A stretch of 47,058 bases of DNA from Oceanospirillaceae bacterium (GTDB taxonomy: Bacteria; Pseudomonadota; Gammaproteobacteria; Pseudomonadales; Balneatricaceae), in NCBI GenBank assembly GCA_038137135.1, contig JAYQBD010000001.1, positions 1,932-48,989 of the forward strand. The letters are read 5' to 3'. Of the stretch, positions 1-11,867 are shown in pieces. Numbering within the stretch: the first letter of the stretch is position 1; the number at the start of each line of letters is the position of its first letter. Under the pieces are notes generated by a model. That model made no database searches. It was not told the origin of the DNA and saw nothing but the letters and a program-made list of their open reading frames with translations. A program made the translations under genes and the position numbers.

Positions 1-536
1 GCTTCGGACCAGCCGGCTTCACCCTTTAGCCAGAGATCGCGGAGCTGCTTGTGTCGATCAGGTAGGGTATATGCAACTAAAATCTCACCTAGGTTATGCA
101 GCAACCCGTTCAAATATACACCCTCTGCTTTCCTCAGATTTGCTGCCTCAGCAAGCTCTCTGGCGATAGAAGCGTTCAGAAAGGCCTGCACTAGCAGTTG
201 ATCGAGCACCTTATCCGGCTTCTCAGCGCGCAGACTCTCTACCAGTTTGATTGTCATCGCCAAATTTAGAATACGCTCAAACCCCAACAGCACAACGGCT
301 CGGGAGAGCGATGCAATCTCGCGATTCTTAGGATTAAACATAGGTGTATTGGCAAGCTTCAAGACGCGAACAGAGAGGTTCACATCCTTCATCACCGCCA
401 TAGCCAACGCCATGGCGTCGGCCTCTTCTGAGCTAGAGAGCTGCCGAATCTGATTAACGGTGGCACTGAACACCGGCAAGTCGCCGAGCTTGTGCAGTCG
501 ATTAACGATCTCGTTGAGCGTCTGTTTGTAGTCCAA
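1..536 (-). CDS. HDOD domain-containing signal transduction protein (partial, runs off the left edge)
   Basis: Not in the ORF track. Manual minus-strand translation from TTG at 536, with a GGGAGA RBS upstream: MDYKQTLNEIVNRLHKLGDLPVFSATVNQIRQLSSSEEADAMALAMAVMKDVNLSVRVLKLANTPMFN...IASLSRAVVLLGFERI. LPxF, D-xxL-xxR-LKLAN and SL-xxAV-xxLG are HDOD hallmarks. Confidence 0.85.
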   Translation of the reverse strand, partial: MDYKQTLNEIVNRLHKLGDLPVFSATVNQIRQLSSSEEADAMALAMAVMKDVNLSVRVLKLANTPMFNPKNREIASLSRAVVLLGFERILNLAMTIKLVESLRAEKPDKVLDQLLVQAFLNASIARELAEAANLRKAEGVYLNGLLHNLGEILVAYTLPDRHKQLRDLWLKGEAGWSE

Positions 537-575
537 GCACTTCTCCCGCAAGGTATTAAGCGGGCTTAGCTCTGA

Positions 576-1394
576 TTATCGTGCCCGCTCTACTGCGCTA
601 CACACCTGAGAGACACCCTTCAGCGTATCGAGGGTCAGTTGATGAAGGTAGTCAGCCTCTACAGTATAGAGCTGATCTCGCTTAACTGCCGGTATCTGGG
701 GCCAATCACTCCATCTTTCGCGCCAATCCTGCGGCAACTCATCACTGGCCAAGATCAGCTCTACGTCTGCCGCCAATACCGCTTCAATACCAACCTGCGG
801 AAAAGCTTCATAAGCCTCAGCTAGCACATTGTTGGCACCACAAAGTTGCAGGATTTCTGCCTGATAACCCGAATTGTTGATGCTCATCAGCGGCTGATGC
901 CAGAGCTGATAGAAGGTTCGTACGGGGCGCTCAGCTTCAACCCGATATGATTCGAGAGCACTAGAGAACTGCTCGATTAAACTCTCAGCCTGATCTTCGC
1001 GATTTAACAGCTCGCCAAACAGGCGCCACTGGTTCGGCAGATCGGCCAAGCGGTCACTCTTTACCCTGACGACTTGTAGCCCAAGTGATTCAAGGCGTTG
1101 GAGCTGAGCCTCAGGATTACCGCCCTGCCAGACCAGTACATAGTCCGGTTGCAGGGCCAAAATCGCTTCGATATTCAACAACTGGTAATCACCGACCACC
1201 TGAGCTTGCGGCAGCTCAAGCTGAAGCTGATTATGCTCAATAATTCCAACGATCTGTGACTCTGCACCGATAGCTATCAGATTGCGGGTGATATCCGGCG
1301 CGAGCGAGACTAAACGCAATTGCTCCTGCGCTAGAGAAGGTGCACAGCACAGAGCAAATATGAGAGAGAGGTACCGCAGCGAACAGATCTTCAT
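576..1394 (-). CDS. btuF: Periplasmic cobalamin/metal-chelate binding protein (BtuF-like, helical-backbone receptor)
   Basis: Signal peptide then RLVSLAPDIT, LNIEAILALQPDYV and LCGANNV motifs. Start moved to ATG 1394 (MKICSLRY). Confidence 0.75.
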   Translation of the reverse strand: MKICSLRYLSLIFALCCAPSLAQEQLRLVSLAPDITRNLIAIGAESQIVGIIEHNQLQLELPQAQVVGDYQLLNIEAILALQPDYVLVWQGGNPEAQLQRLESLGLQVVRVKSDRLADLPNQWRLFGELLNREDQAESLIEQFSSALESYRVEAERPVRTFYQLWHQPLMSINNSGYQAEILQLCGANNVLAEAYEAFPQVGIEAVLAADVELILASDELPQDWRERWSDWPQIPAVKRDQLYTVEADYLHQLTLDTLKGVSQVCSAVERAR

Positions 1395-1503
1395 GACATG
1401 AATGGGATTAACTTTATAATTCGACGATTCTAGCATGTGCAAGTGTCAGTCTTTGTTTTATTCTATAAAGAGACATAGAGCTAGATCGATTGTTGGAGTT
1501 AGT

Positions 1504-2028
1504 GTGGATCAGAATACTGTTTGGGTTATCGCAATTGCTGCGCTTATCGTTGGCGCATTGCTGGGTTTTCTATTTGGTCGCAACGGCAGCAATGGCTCGC
1601 GTGAAGTGCGCCTCGCCGAAGAGCTTGATCGCACTCAGCTGGAGCTGGCCAAATACCGTGATGAGGTGAACGAGCACTTCAGTGTAACGGCAGATCTGGT
1701 TAACGACCTAACCAACCAGTACCAAAAAGTGCACCAACACCTGGCGTCGAGCGCATCAACGCTTTGTCGTGATGAGAAGTTGGTTGAGAGTCTGCAGCGT
1801 CAGGCGGGAATTGAGCAGCAGAGCCAGCCGGCTGAGCCTGAGACTCTCTCTACAGGGACAGCGGCTGAGTCAGAGAGCAGCTACAGCATGCCGCTCGATT
1901 ACGCGCCTAAACGTGAAGCGGACGAGCCAGGTACCCTGTCGGATCGCTTTGGTCTGAAAAACGATGCTGAAGAGCAACCAGCAGATCGTCCAAAATTTGC
2001 CGAAGAGGACGACAAACGTCCAGCCTGA
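1504..2028 (+). CDS. yhcB: YhcB/ZapG (DUF1043) inner-membrane envelope/division protein
   Basis: N-terminal TM helix, coiled coil with YRDEVNEHF...TADL...YQKVHQHLA, and C-terminal PLDYAPK...GTLSD-FGL. GTG start at 1504 follows GGAG. Confidence 0.85.
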   Translation: MDQNTVWVIAIAALIVGALLGFLFGRNGSNGSREVRLAEELDRTQLELAKYRDEVNEHFSVTADLVNDLTNQYQKVHQHLASSASTLCRDEKLVESLQRQAGIEQQSQPAEPETLSTGTAAESESSYSMPLDYAPKREADEPGTLSDRFGLKNDAEEQPADRPKFAEEDDKRPA

Positions 2029-2046
2029 TGCGTCTCACACAGTAGA

Positions 2047-2808
2047 TCAGACCGGGTTATCGATATCGATAAACTGATACTCCAACCCGAAGTGCGACGC
2101 AAGGTGCTCGCCGAGCGCCTGAACGCCGTACCGCTCCGTTGCATGGTGTCCCGCACCTAAGTAGTGAATTCCCGCCTCACGAGCGTAGTGCACCACAGGT
2201 TCTGAAATCTCGCCACTAATGAACATATCAGCACCCAGCTGATCGGCCTGTTCAATCATGCGTTCAGCAGATCCCGTGCACCAGGCTACACGGTGCACCA
2301 ATCGACCTCCACCCGAGATAAACTGAGGTTCGCGTCCTAATGCCTGTCCAACTTCCTGAGCAAAAAGCTCAGCTTCAGTGGGCTGGGCTAGGGTGCCAAT
2401 GTTGCCGACACTGAGAGGATTACCCTTCTCAAGGCCATCTTCAACTTCGATCCCAAGCACGCGCGCTAACTGCACATTGTTGCCCCACTGAGGGTGTGCA
2501 TCGAGAGGCAGATGGTAGGCCAACAGACTAAGACCATTCTGCATCAGCGTGCGAATACGATTACCTTTGATGCCGGTTAGTTGTTGGGCTTCACCTTTCC
2601 AGAAGTAGCCATGGTGGACTAAAACCAGATCAGCCTGAGCTTCAACAGCAGCGTCAATAAGCGCTTGGCAGGCTGTAACGCCTGCAACAATTTTTTTGAC
2701 CTCTGTACGCCCCTCTACCTGCAAACCATTAGGGCAGTAGTCACGAAACTTATCCACCGCCAACGCGGTATCGGTGTAGGTTACAAGGTGTTGCAGCGGC
2801 ACGCCCAT
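2047..2808 (-). CDS. ybgI: Nif3-like dinuclear metal-center hexameric protein
   Basis: DYCPNGLQVEG, LVHHG, YHLPLDAH and GHHATERYGV motifs. Confidence 0.93.
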   Translation of the reverse strand: MGVPLQHLVTYTDTALAVDKFRDYCPNGLQVEGRTEVKKIVAGVTACQALIDAAVEAQADLVLVHHGYFWKGEAQQLTGIKGNRIRTLMQNGLSLLAYHLPLDAHPQWGNNVQLARVLGIEVEDGLEKGNPLSVGNIGTLAQPTEAELFAQEVGQALGREPQFISGGGRLVHRVAWCTGSAERMIEQADQLGADMFISGEISEPVVHYAREAGIHYLGAGHHATERYGVQALGEHLASHFGLEYQFIDIDNPV

Positions 2809-2899
2809 CGCTATAGCTCCAGAAAAATTCTCAACTCTCCTCGCATTCTACCGCCGGTCCTTCATATAATCAGCCCATGCAGCATAGGATGATTGAGTT

Positions 2900-3997
2900 A
2901 TGAGTCTACGCCCCACCCAACTTATATGGCCGAGCCTGGCCGGTATACTGGCTGCTGTTCTGATTTTGCAGCAGTTTCCGACACTGCTGAGCGAACCTGC
3001 TAGTCGTCTCGAAGTCGTTGATGTAACTGACGAGCGTATTGCGGCCAATGCCATCCCCAGTTTTGCCGCCGCCGTGGCGCAAGCTGCACCATCGGTGGTC
3101 AGCCTGTTCACCCAATCTAAAGCGTCAGATTTAAACAGCGAGGCAAATAGCTCACCGATTCTGTTGAATCTAGGCTCAGGGGTAATCCTCACCGCAGATG
3201 GCTATATTGTGACTAACAATCATGTGGTTGCGGCGGCCGACAAGGTGATCGTATCGCTGCGAGACGGCCGCGAACGGGTCGCTGCAATTGTAGGCACTGA
3301 TCCAGAGAGCGACTTAGCGCTGTTAAAAGTCGATCTCGACGGCCTACCCAGCCTAAAGTTAGTGAGCAGCACCACGTTGAAGGTTGGCGATGTCGTATTG
3401 GCGATCGGCAACCCCTTTGGTGTTGGCCAAACTGTGACTCAAGGCATTATCTCTGGCTTGGATCGTAACCAACTCGGTCTCAACACCTATGAGGACTTCA
3501 TTCAGACTGATGCCGCCATTAACCCGGGTAACTCTGGGGGCGCACTGATCACAGCGAGGGGAGACCTAGTGGGCATCAATACCGCGATCTTTTCCAAGAC
3601 GGGTGGTTCTCAAGGAATAGGCTTTGCGATCCCCTCTGATCAGGTTGTACAGGTGATGAACGAACTGATCCGTAACGGCCGAGTTGTACGCGGTTGGGTC
3701 GGTGTTGAAGCACACGGACTGGCGGCAACAGAAGCAAGGGATGTTGGCCTACCCGAGACACAGCCAGGGCTGATGATTAGCGGGATATTCCGCGACAGCC
3801 CGGCACAGCGCGCAGGTCTGAGACCAGGCGACGTTATCCTAGAGATCAATGATCGTCCGGTAAAAGGCAATGGTCTGGAGGCGATGAACTATATTGCGAA
3901 GGTCACGCCGGGAGAGATCACCTACTTTACTGTGTACCGAGCTGGAGAGACTCTGAGACTCGAGATTCTGACCAGTGAACGCCCGCGCAGCCGATAG
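2900..3997 (+). CDS. degS: HtrA-family membrane-anchored serine protease with a single PDZ domain (DegS/AlgW)
   Basis: N-terminal TM segment, catalytic triad TNNHVV / ESDLA / GNSGG, one PDZ domain. Occupies the algW position between nif3 and hisD. Confidence 0.85.
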   Translation: MSLRPTQLIWPSLAGILAAVLILQQFPTLLSEPASRLEVVDVTDERIAANAIPSFAAAVAQAAPSVVSLFTQSKASDLNSEANSSPILLNLGSGVILTADGYIVTNNHVVAAADKVIVSLRDGRERVAAIVGTDPESDLALLKVDLDGLPSLKLVSSTTLKVGDVVLAIGNPFGVGQTVTQGIISGLDRNQLGLNTYEDFIQTDAAINPGNSGGALITARGDLVGINTAIFSKTGGSQGIGFAIPSDQVVQVMNELIRNGRVVRGWVGVEAHGLAATEARDVGLPETQPGLMISGIFRDSPAQRAGLRPGDVILEINDRPVKGNGLEAMNYIAKVTPGEITYFTVYRAGETLRLEILTSERPRSR

Positions 3998-4022
3998 CCA
4001 CAGGGCGCTCTCCCGCGGTCTG

Positions 4023-5339
4023 TTAATCTTTATCGAGAATGCGATATTCAGCTGAGCGAGCGTGAGCCGTTAATCCCTCACCGCGTGCCAGCACGGAGGC
4101 TACCTTGCCCATCTGAGATGCGCCTTCGGCTGAGAACATGATCAGCGACGAGCGTTTCTGGAAGTCATAGACACCCAGAGGCGATGAGAAGCGTGCTGTA
4201 CCCGAAGTGGGCAGAACGTGGTTCGGACCGGCACAGTAGTCACCCAAAGCCTCGGCTGTGTAGCGCCCCATAAAGATTGCCCCAGCATGACGTATCTTAG
4301 GTAGCATCGCTTTAGGATCAGCCACCGAGAGCTCCAAGTGCTCGGGCGCAATGCGATTTGAGATCTGAGCCGCCTCATCCAAGTCAGCCACTTCTATCAA
4401 CAGAGCCCTGTTCATCATCGAAGCTGCGATGATGTCGCGGCGCTCCATCGTCGGCAATAGCTTAGCTATACTCGCTTCAACCCGGTCGATGTAGTCGCCA
4501 CTGGTTGCAATCAGAATCGGCTGTGCATCTTCATCATGCTCCGCTTGAGAAAAGAGATCCATCGCGACCCAATCAGGGTCGGTCTCGCCATCACAGATCA
4601 CTAGGATCTCTGATGGACCGGCGATCATATCGATGCCTACCAGACCAAAGACAGCGCGCTTTGCCGTTGCAACATAGATATTGCCCGGCCCCACGATTTT
4701 ATCGACTGCAGGAACTGTCTCCGTACCGTAGGCCAGTGCCGCAACAGCTTGCGCTCCGCCAATGGTAAATACCCGTGTTACCCCTGCGATTGCCGCAGCG
4801 GCGAGCACCATCTCATTGATAACACCCTGAGGTGTTGGCACCACCATGATAATCTCTTCGACACCGGCTACTTTCGCAGGCATCGCATTCATCAGTACGG
4901 ATGACGGGTAGGCTGCTTTGCCACCCGGCACGTAGATACCAACACGATCCATCGGTGTAACCTGCTGGCCCAGCAGAGTGCCATCGGCCTCTTCATACTG
5001 CCATGAAGTTGCCAGCTGCTTCTCGTGATAGTCGCGCACGCGCTGTGCCGCCGTTTCCAAGGCCGAGCGCTGCTCTGGCGTAATCGCTTCTAGCGCCTGC
5101 TGCAGTCGAGCCTGAGACAGCTCCAGATCCGCCATAGTTGATGCACGGGTTGCATCGAAGCGGTTGGTCAATTCAACCACAGCCGCATCACCCTGTTCAC
5201 GCACCTGTTGCAGGATCTGATCGACCCGCTCATTGACCGCTCTGTCTGAAACTGACTCCCAGGCCAGCATCACTTTTAGCTGCTGGTCAAAATCGGCTTG
5301 TCCCGCTTTGAGGCGACGAATGTTCAACGACTCACCCAC
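4023..5339 (-). CDS. hisD: Histidinol dehydrogenase
   Basis: [36 protein letters not shown] and [13 protein letters not shown] motifs. Confidence 0.97.
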   Translation of the reverse strand: MGESLNIRRLKAGQADFDQQLKVMLAWESVSDRAVNERVDQILQQVREQGDAAVVELTNRFDATRASTMADLELSQARLQQALEAITPEQRSALETAAQRVRDYHEKQLATSWQYEEADGTLLGQQVTPMDRVGIYVPGGKAAYPSSVLMNAMPAKVAGVEEIIMVVPTPQGVINEMVLAAAAIAGVTRVFTIGGAQAVAALAYGTETVPAVDKIVGPGNIYVATAKRAVFGLVGIDMIAGPSEILVICDGETDPDWVAMDLFSQAEHDEDAQPILIATSGDYIDRVEASIAKLLPTMERRDIIAASMMNRALLIEVADLDEAAQISNRIAPEHLELSVADPKAMLPKIRHAGAIFMGRYTAEALGDYCAGPNHVLPTSGTARFSSPLGVYDFQKRSSLIMFSAEGASQMGKVASVLARGEGLTAHARSAEYRILDKD

Positions 5340-5381
5340 TGTCTGTATCTCTTAAACTTTAAAAAACTATTCTCTGACGCT

Positions 5382-6023
5382 CTATTGGCGTTTAGCGACA
5401 ACCGCATCAGCTAGCTGATCAAGGATCGGTTGTATCTGGGCGTACTTCATCTTCATTGATGGCTGACCCACGACTAAACGCGAACTGATATCGGCGATGT
5501 GATCCATCGCCTCAAGACCGTTGGCGCGCAAGGTATTGCCGGTGTCGACAATATCGACGATACGATCAGCTAGCCCCATAATTGGCGCGAGCTCCATAGC
5601 ACCGTAAAGCTTGATGATGTCGACCTGACGCCCCTGGCGAGCAAAGTACTCCTTGGTCACGTTGACGAACTTGGTCGCAACACGCATTCGACCTTCAACC
5701 TGCTGCGCATCCTTCATACCAGCGACACGCAACTGACACTTGGAGATCTCAAGGTCCAGCGGTTCGTAGAGCCCTGCACCACCGTGTTCCATCAGCACAT
5801 CTTTGCCAGCAACACCCATGTCGGCACCGCCATATTCAACGTAGGTTGGTACGTCAGTGGCGCGGATTACGACCAGCTTGATATTGTCATGGTTGGTATC
5901 AAAGATCAGTTTACGACTACTGAAGATATCCTCAGCAGGATGGATACCCGCCGCCGCAAATAGCGGTAGCGTCTCTTTCAGAATACGCCCCTTAGACAGA
6001 GCGATGGTCAACTGTTCCTTCAT
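5382..6023 (-). CDS. hisG: ATP phosphoribosyltransferase, short form (HisZ-dependent)
   Basis: ALSKGR, DVPTYV, GAMELAP and [12 protein letters not shown]; 213 aa, lacks the C-terminal regulatory domain. Confidence 0.96.
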   Translation of the reverse strand: MKEQLTIALSKGRILKETLPLFAAAGIHPAEDIFSSRKLIFDTNHDNIKLVVIRATDVPTYVEYGGADMGVAGKDVLMEHGGAGLYEPLDLEISKCQLRVAGMKDAQQVEGRMRVATKFVNVTKEYFARQGRQVDIIKLYGAMELAPIMGLADRIVDIVDTGNTLRANGLEAMDHIADISSRLVVGQPSMKMKYAQIQPILDQLADAVVAKRQ

Positions 6024-6041
6024 AAAACTGGGATATCCTAG

Positions 6042-7319
<1,278 letters not shown>

Positions 7320-7562
7320 TTAGCCCTGCTGAGCTTGCCACTGTTCGGGTGTCAGTGCTTTGATAGAGACGGCGTGAATGGCACCTGAGGCGATCTGCTC
7401 TGTCAAACAGGCGTAAACTGCCTGCTGTTTTTTGACCGGGCTCATACCAGTGAACTGATCTGAGACGACAGTAATTTGAAAATCACAGCCCTCGCCAGCG
7501 GTAATAACAGTGCTGCCTTCTAACTGACTCTCTACTAGCTGTTTAACCTCATCGGCGTGCAT
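7320..7562 (-). CDS. ibaG: BolA/IbaG family protein
   Basis: VVSDQF.G...VKKQQAVYA...IHAVSI..LTPEQW; lies upstream of murA. Start set at ATG 7562. Confidence 0.88.
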   Translation of the reverse strand: MHADEVKQLVESQLEGSTVITAGEGCDFQITVVSDQFTGMSPVKKQQAVYACLTEQIASGAIHAVSIKALTPEQWQAQQG

Positions 7563-7621
7563 CGCGTCTCTCCAGCGTTCTAAGCAAAAAAAGGGTTTAA
7601 ATTTGGCCGCGTATGATAACG

Positions 7622-7656
7622 AAAAAGGGCCCTGTTGGCGATCCAAACAGAGCCCT
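7622..7656 (-). terminator. Probable intrinsic terminator of the mla operon
   Basis: Minus strand AGGGCTCTGTT-N9-AACAGGGCCCT followed by TTTT. Confidence 0.65.
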
Positions 7657-7684
7657 AATATCCGTAAACTAGCTGTTTATAGGC

Positions 7685-7948
7685 TCAACTAGCCCCAATC
7701 AACTCATCAACACCGACAAGTTGGGCGATGCTGAGCATCTGGCGCGGCAAACCGCTCCAGCTTAACTCGATATCGCGCGCGCGACTCCAGCGCTGCAGAG
7801 AGGTCCAGTAAGCAAGCGCCGTGCTATCCACTCTCTCTACCTCTGACAGATCAATCTCGCGAGCACCGCGCTCTATCGCTATATGAGCCAATCCAATCTG
7901 ATGAGTACAGGTATCACGGGTCAACTCACCCTCGACTTTGTGTATCAC
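7685..7948 (-). CDS. mlaB: STAS-domain subunit of the Mla phospholipid transporter
   Basis: IDLSEVERVDSTALA STAS motif; last gene of the mla operon. Confidence 0.85.
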   Translation of the reverse strand: MIHKVEGELTRDTCTHQIGLAHIAIERGAREIDLSEVERVDSTALAYWTSLQRWSRARDIELSWSGLPRQMLSIAQLVGVDELIGAS

Positions 7949-8610
7949 GCACCACCCTCGGCGACACTGCTCATCGCCTCTTCCCAGTGCTCTATCGCAG
8001 CACCCACCTTGGAGTACTTCTCCATCAAGTTAGCGAACTGATTGCGGAAGGTAACACGCAAGTTGATGCCATCAATCAGCACATTGACCAGTTTCCAGTT
8101 ATCACCGTCACGCACCACATAAAAAACCAGCGAGTAGATCTGCCCGTTGTTGGACATCAGGTTAACGCTAACAATCTGCTTGTCCGGGTCAGGACTTTCA
8201 GACACGGGCGGTAGGGTCTCGTACCCTTTGAAATCAAAGCCTGACACCGCTTTGGCAAAAGTGCGCAAAATCGTATCTTTAAACACGCCAGAGAATCGGC
8301 TCACCTCTTCATCTGAGGCACGGCGTACATACTTACCCATTACCGATTTACCGATGTAGTCGTAATCTACTTGCTCCCCCAGAATCTCGTCGACACCCTG
8401 CATCAGGGGCCCGATATTTTCGGGTTTACGCAGCTCCTCGTCAGCAACTAAAACCAGCATCTGGTCAGTGACCTTCTCCATCGACTGGCTGGCACTCTCC
8501 CAATTCGCCTGCGCCAGCGGTGCCGCGAGCGCTGCACTCAGCAGAGAGAGACCCAAGAACACTTTAACTACCGGGCTCAGCAGCTGTTTCAGAGAAAGTG
8601 GCTCCATCAT
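7945..8610 (-). CDS. mlaC: Periplasmic phospholipid-binding protein MlaC (Ttg2D)
   Basis: Signal peptide and WKLVNVLIDGINL...RNQF motif; operon position. Confidence 0.9.
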   Translation of the reverse strand: MMEPLSLKQLLSPVVKVFLGLSLLSAALAAPLAQANWESASQSMEKVTDQMLVLVADEELRKPENIGPLMQGVDEILGEQVDYDYIGKSVMGKYVRRASDEEVSRFSGVFKDTILRTFAKAVSGFDFKGYETLPPVSESPDPDKQIVSVNLMSNNGQIYSLVFYVVRDGDNWKLVNVLIDGINLRVTFRNQFANLMEKYSKVGAAIEHWEEAMSSVAEGGA

Positions 8611-9068
8611 TATTCACTCACCTTGTTAAACAGGAATTTTCCGATCAACTCTTCAAGCACCAGAGCCGACTGGGTATCTTCAATTCTAGAACCTTCTTGC
8701 AAAGTTTCCTCCTCGAAGCCTGGAGTAATGCCAATATATTTCTCTCCCAGCAGACCGGCCGTCAGGATCTGCGCGGAACTATCGATACTGAGGTAATCCA
8801 CCTCACTGAAGATTCGCATCTCCACATCAGCCATCAGCATACGAGAATCTATACGGATCGCGCTGACCTCGCCGATCTGTACGCCGGACAGTGACACCTT
8901 TGCGCGCTCGGTCAGTCCACCAATATTTTCAAAGCGCGCGTAGATTGTGTACCCGCCGGCACGATCAGTCAGGCTTAGCCCACTCACATTGATCGCTAAG
9001 GTCACTAGGCTAATCACACCAGCCAGAATTAGTGCACCGACGCCAATTTCCAGGGTCCGCATCTGCAT
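8610..9068 (-). CDS. mlaD: MCE-domain protein MlaD
   Basis: FENIGGL...V.LSGV.IG, ILTAGLLGEKY and TQSALVLEELIGKFL. Confidence 0.95.
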   Translation of the reverse strand: MQMRTLEIGVGALILAGVISLVTLAINVSGLSLTDRAGGYTIYARFENIGGLTERAKVSLSGVQIGEVSAIRIDSRMLMADVEMRIFSEVDYLSIDSSAQILTAGLLGEKYIGITPGFEEETLQEGSRIEDTQSALVLEELIGKFLFNKVSE

Positions 9069-9851
9069 CTAGATCTCTCCAAACATCATTGCTGTCAAAA
9101 TAAAGTCGAGGCCAAGTACAGCCAACGACGAGTAGACCACTGTACGTGTGGTCGCCTTACTTATGCCCTCTGAAGTAGGTACGGCGTCATAGCCCTGGAA
9201 GACTGCAATCCAGATAACAACAAAACCAAACACCAGAGATTTAACTATGCCATTGAGCACATCAGTGGAGAAATCCACCGATGCCTGCATATTGGCCCAG
9301 AAGGATCCCGAATAGATACCTAACCAATCCACGGCAACCAATGACCCTCCCCAAATACCCACGACTGCAAAGATCATCGTCAATAGTGGCAAACTGATAA
9401 AGCCAGCCCAGAGGCGCGGGGCAATAATCCGACGCATGGGGTCTACGCCAATCATCTCGTAGCTGGCGAGCTGTTCGGTCGCCTTCATCAAGCCTATTTC
9501 GGCGGTCACAGCCGAGCCTGCGCGCCCAGCAAACAACAGGGCCGTAACAACAGGAGCTAACTCCCGCACCAACGATAGCGCGACCATCTGGCCGACCGCC
9601 TGCTCGGAACCATAATCAACTAAGATCGTGTAACCCTGTAGCCCCAACACCATCCCGATAAACAGACCCGAGACGAGAATAATCACCAATGACAGCACCC
9701 CGACAAAATGCAACTGCTTAATCAGCAGCGGAAGCATCTCCTTCGGGGCGGGAGGCACGAAGAGCGACTGCAGCAGCATCTGCCCCGAGCGACCGGTCGC
9801 CGCAAGGCGATCAAGGGTGCCACGTCCAATGCGTTGAAGCTGATCGATCAT
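9069..9851 (-). CDS. mlaE: ABC permease MlaE
   Basis: [29 protein letters not shown] and ATTRTVV. Confidence 0.96.
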   Translation of the reverse strand: MIDQLQRIGRGTLDRLAATGRSGQMLLQSLFVPPAPKEMLPLLIKQLHFVGVLSLVIILVSGLFIGMVLGLQGYTILVDYGSEQAVGQMVALSLVRELAPVVTALLFAGRAGSAVTAEIGLMKATEQLASYEMIGVDPMRRIIAPRLWAGFISLPLLTMIFAVVGIWGGSLVAVDWLGIYSGSFWANMQASVDFSTDVLNGIVKSLVFGFVVIWIAVFQGYDAVPTSEGISKATTRTVVYSSLAVLGLDFILTAMMFGEI

Positions 9852-10672
9852 TGACCACCTCCTAAGAGTTGCGTGGCCAAATCTGGCGCTGGGAAATGAA
9901 AAGGCACCGGGCCGTCCGCTTCGCCATGCAGGAACTGACGCACCTGAGGATCTGCCTGATTTACCAGTTCGTCAGGTGTGCCGTGCGCCAGCAGCGCACC
10001 GTCGGCAATCAGATAGACATAATCAGCAATCGACAAGGTCTCGTTGATATCGTGCGACACGATAATACTGGTGTGGCCCAGCGCCTGATTAAGTTGGCGA
10101 ATCAGCTTGATCAGCACACCCATCGCGATTGGGTCCTGCCCCGCAAAGGGCTCGTCGTACATTAGGATATCTGGGTCGAGTGCGATGGCTCGCGCCAACG
10201 CCGCACGGCGGGCCATACCACCTGAAAGTTCACTCGGCATCAGTTCTGCAGCACCGCGCAGTCCGACTGCGTTGAGTTTCATCAGCACCAGATCACGCAC
10301 TAGCTCATCATCTAGGTCAGTATGCACCCTAAGAGGAAAGGCCACATTCTCGAACACCGACATATCAGTAAAGAGCGCGCCACTCTGAAACAGCATTCCC
10401 ATACGCGCACGCAGATGGAATAGCCACTTTCTGTTAAGCTTGTGAACGTCCAAATCATCCACAAGGATCTGCCCCGAATCGGGTTGCAGTTGACCGCCTA
10501 TGAGTTTCAGCAGGGTCGTTTTGCCGGTGCCCGATGGCCCCATAATAGCGGTAATTTTGCCGCGTTCGACACTAAGACTCAGGTCGCGAAAAATCGGGCG
10601 ACCCGAGCGGCTGAAGTTGAGGTTGCGTACCTCGATGTGAGTTTGTGAGTCAGGGTTACTCATTTGGCTCAA
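9848..10672 (-). CDS. mlaF: ABC ATPase MlaF (start may be ATG 10663)
   Basis: Walker A GPSGTGKT, signature [18 protein letters not shown] and C-terminal GPVPFHFP. Confidence 0.95.
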   Translation of the reverse strand: MSQMSNPDSQTHIEVRNLNFSRSGRPIFRDLSLSVERGKITAIMGPSGTGKTTLLKLIGGQLQPDSGQILVDDLDVHKLNRKWLFHLRARMGMLFQSGALFTDMSVFENVAFPLRVHTDLDDELVRDLVLMKLNAVGLRGAAELMPSELSGGMARRAALARAIALDPDILMYDEPFAGQDPIAMGVLIKLIRQLNQALGHTSIIVSHDINETLSIADYVYLIADGALLAHGTPDELVNQADPQVRQFLHGEADGPVPFHFPAPDLATQLLGGGQ

Positions 10673-10886
10673 TACAATTCCACTTCGCTATGCTTTACAG
10701 CTCCAAATCTATCCCCGCTCCAACGACCTAAGTCGTGGAATAACGAATGGATAGTGAGATGAGACACTTGGCTGGAGATTGGATACACTAGTAGGCATTC
10801 GAACCAGCTCTGTTAGGTTAAGTCGCGATCTTAGGATCAGCCGGATTAACAATAACTTAAGATTCTACGAGTATAACCCAGCTTCT

Positions 10887-11867
10887 ATGAATAGTCCGAA
10901 CCTCCCTTTTGATTTCGTCAGTGCCGGCAAACGCACTATCGACCTAGAACGCCAAGCGATACAGGACCTTCACGATACGCTCGGCGAACCCTTCACAGAG
11001 GCCTGTAAGCTAATGCTGAATTGCAAAGGCCGCGTAGTGGTGACCGGCATGGGTAAGTCTGGACATATTGGTGCCAAAATAGCGGCAACACTCGCTAGCA
11101 CGGGCTCGCCCTCGTTCTTTGTTCACCCGGGCGAGGCGAGTCATGGCGATTTAGGGATGTTCACACCCGATGATGTCGTTATAGCTCTGTCAAACTCCGG
11201 AAGCTCTGCCGAAGTGGTGGCGATTTTGCCACTTCTCAAACGCAAAGGAGTTGAGTTAATCGCAATTACCGCGCGTGATAGTTCACCGCTAGCGCAAGCT
11301 GCCGATGTGGTCCTGCACATACCGATTGAGCGCGAAGCCTGCCCACTTAACCTTGCGCCAACGTCAAGCACTACGGCGCAGCTGGTTATCGGCGATGCGC
11401 TAGCCACTGCGTTGTTAGAGGCACGCGGTTTCAGCGCTGAAGACTTCGCCTTCTCCCACCCAGGTGGTGCGCTGGGGCGCAGACTCCTCCTCAAGGTCAG
11501 CGATTTGATGCATCAGGGTGAGGAGATTCCGCAGGTGGCTCCAACAGAACTGGTGCCTGCAGCGCTGCTCGAGGTAACTCGCAAACGCTTGGGTATGACG
11601 ACAGTTATCCACGCCAACAGAGTTGTCGGTATTTTTACTGATGGTGACCTTCGCCGCGCAATTGATCAGGGCATTGACCTGAGCAGCACATCGATTGAGA
11701 CCGTTATGACGCGCAACTTCACGACCGTGACTCAGGATATTCTGGCCGCAGAAGCGCTCCAGATTATGCAGGAGCGCAAGATAAACGCGCTGGTTGTGCT
11801 GTCTGACAGCGGCGAGCTGGTGGGCGCGCTCAACATGCACGATATGCTCGCAGCAGGGGTGATCTGA
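10887..11867 (+). CDS. kdsD: Arabinose-5-phosphate isomerase (SIS domain plus CBS pair)
   Basis: GMGKSGHIG, HPGEASHGDLG, CPLNLAPTSS and HPGGALG. Start set at ATG 10887. Confidence 0.95.
   Translation: MNSPNLPFDFVSAGKRTIDLERQAIQDLHDTLGEPFTEACKLMLNCKGRVVVTGMGKSGHIGAKIAATLASTGSPSFFVHPGEASHGDLGMFTPDDVVIALSNSGSSAEVVAILPLLKRKGVELIAITARDSSPLAQAADVVLHIPIEREACPLNLAPTSSTTAQLVIGDALATALLEARGFSAEDFAFSHPGGALGRRLLLKVSDLMHQGEEIPQVAPTELVPAALLEVTRKRLGMTTVIHANRVVGIFTDGDLRRAIDQGIDLSSTSIETVMTRNFTTVTQDILAAEALQIMQERKINALVVLSDSGELVGALNMHDMLAAGVI

Noticed and set aside
247-453. 68-aa plus-strand ORF, and the many other antisense or nested ORFs in the track (e.g. 16013-16576, 11415-11840, 24313-24708)
   Set aside because: Shadow frames of well-conserved genes, with no recognisable motifs or RBS.
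1395-1503. Cobalamin riboswitch upstream of the btuF-like gene
   Set aside because: The spacer is short and AT-rich and lacks a recognisable B12-box.
10719-10739. Bulged hairpin TCCAACGAC-CTAA-GTCGTGGA in the mlaF-kdsD spacer
   Set aside because: A single modest stem with no U-tract and no recognisable family; could be chance.
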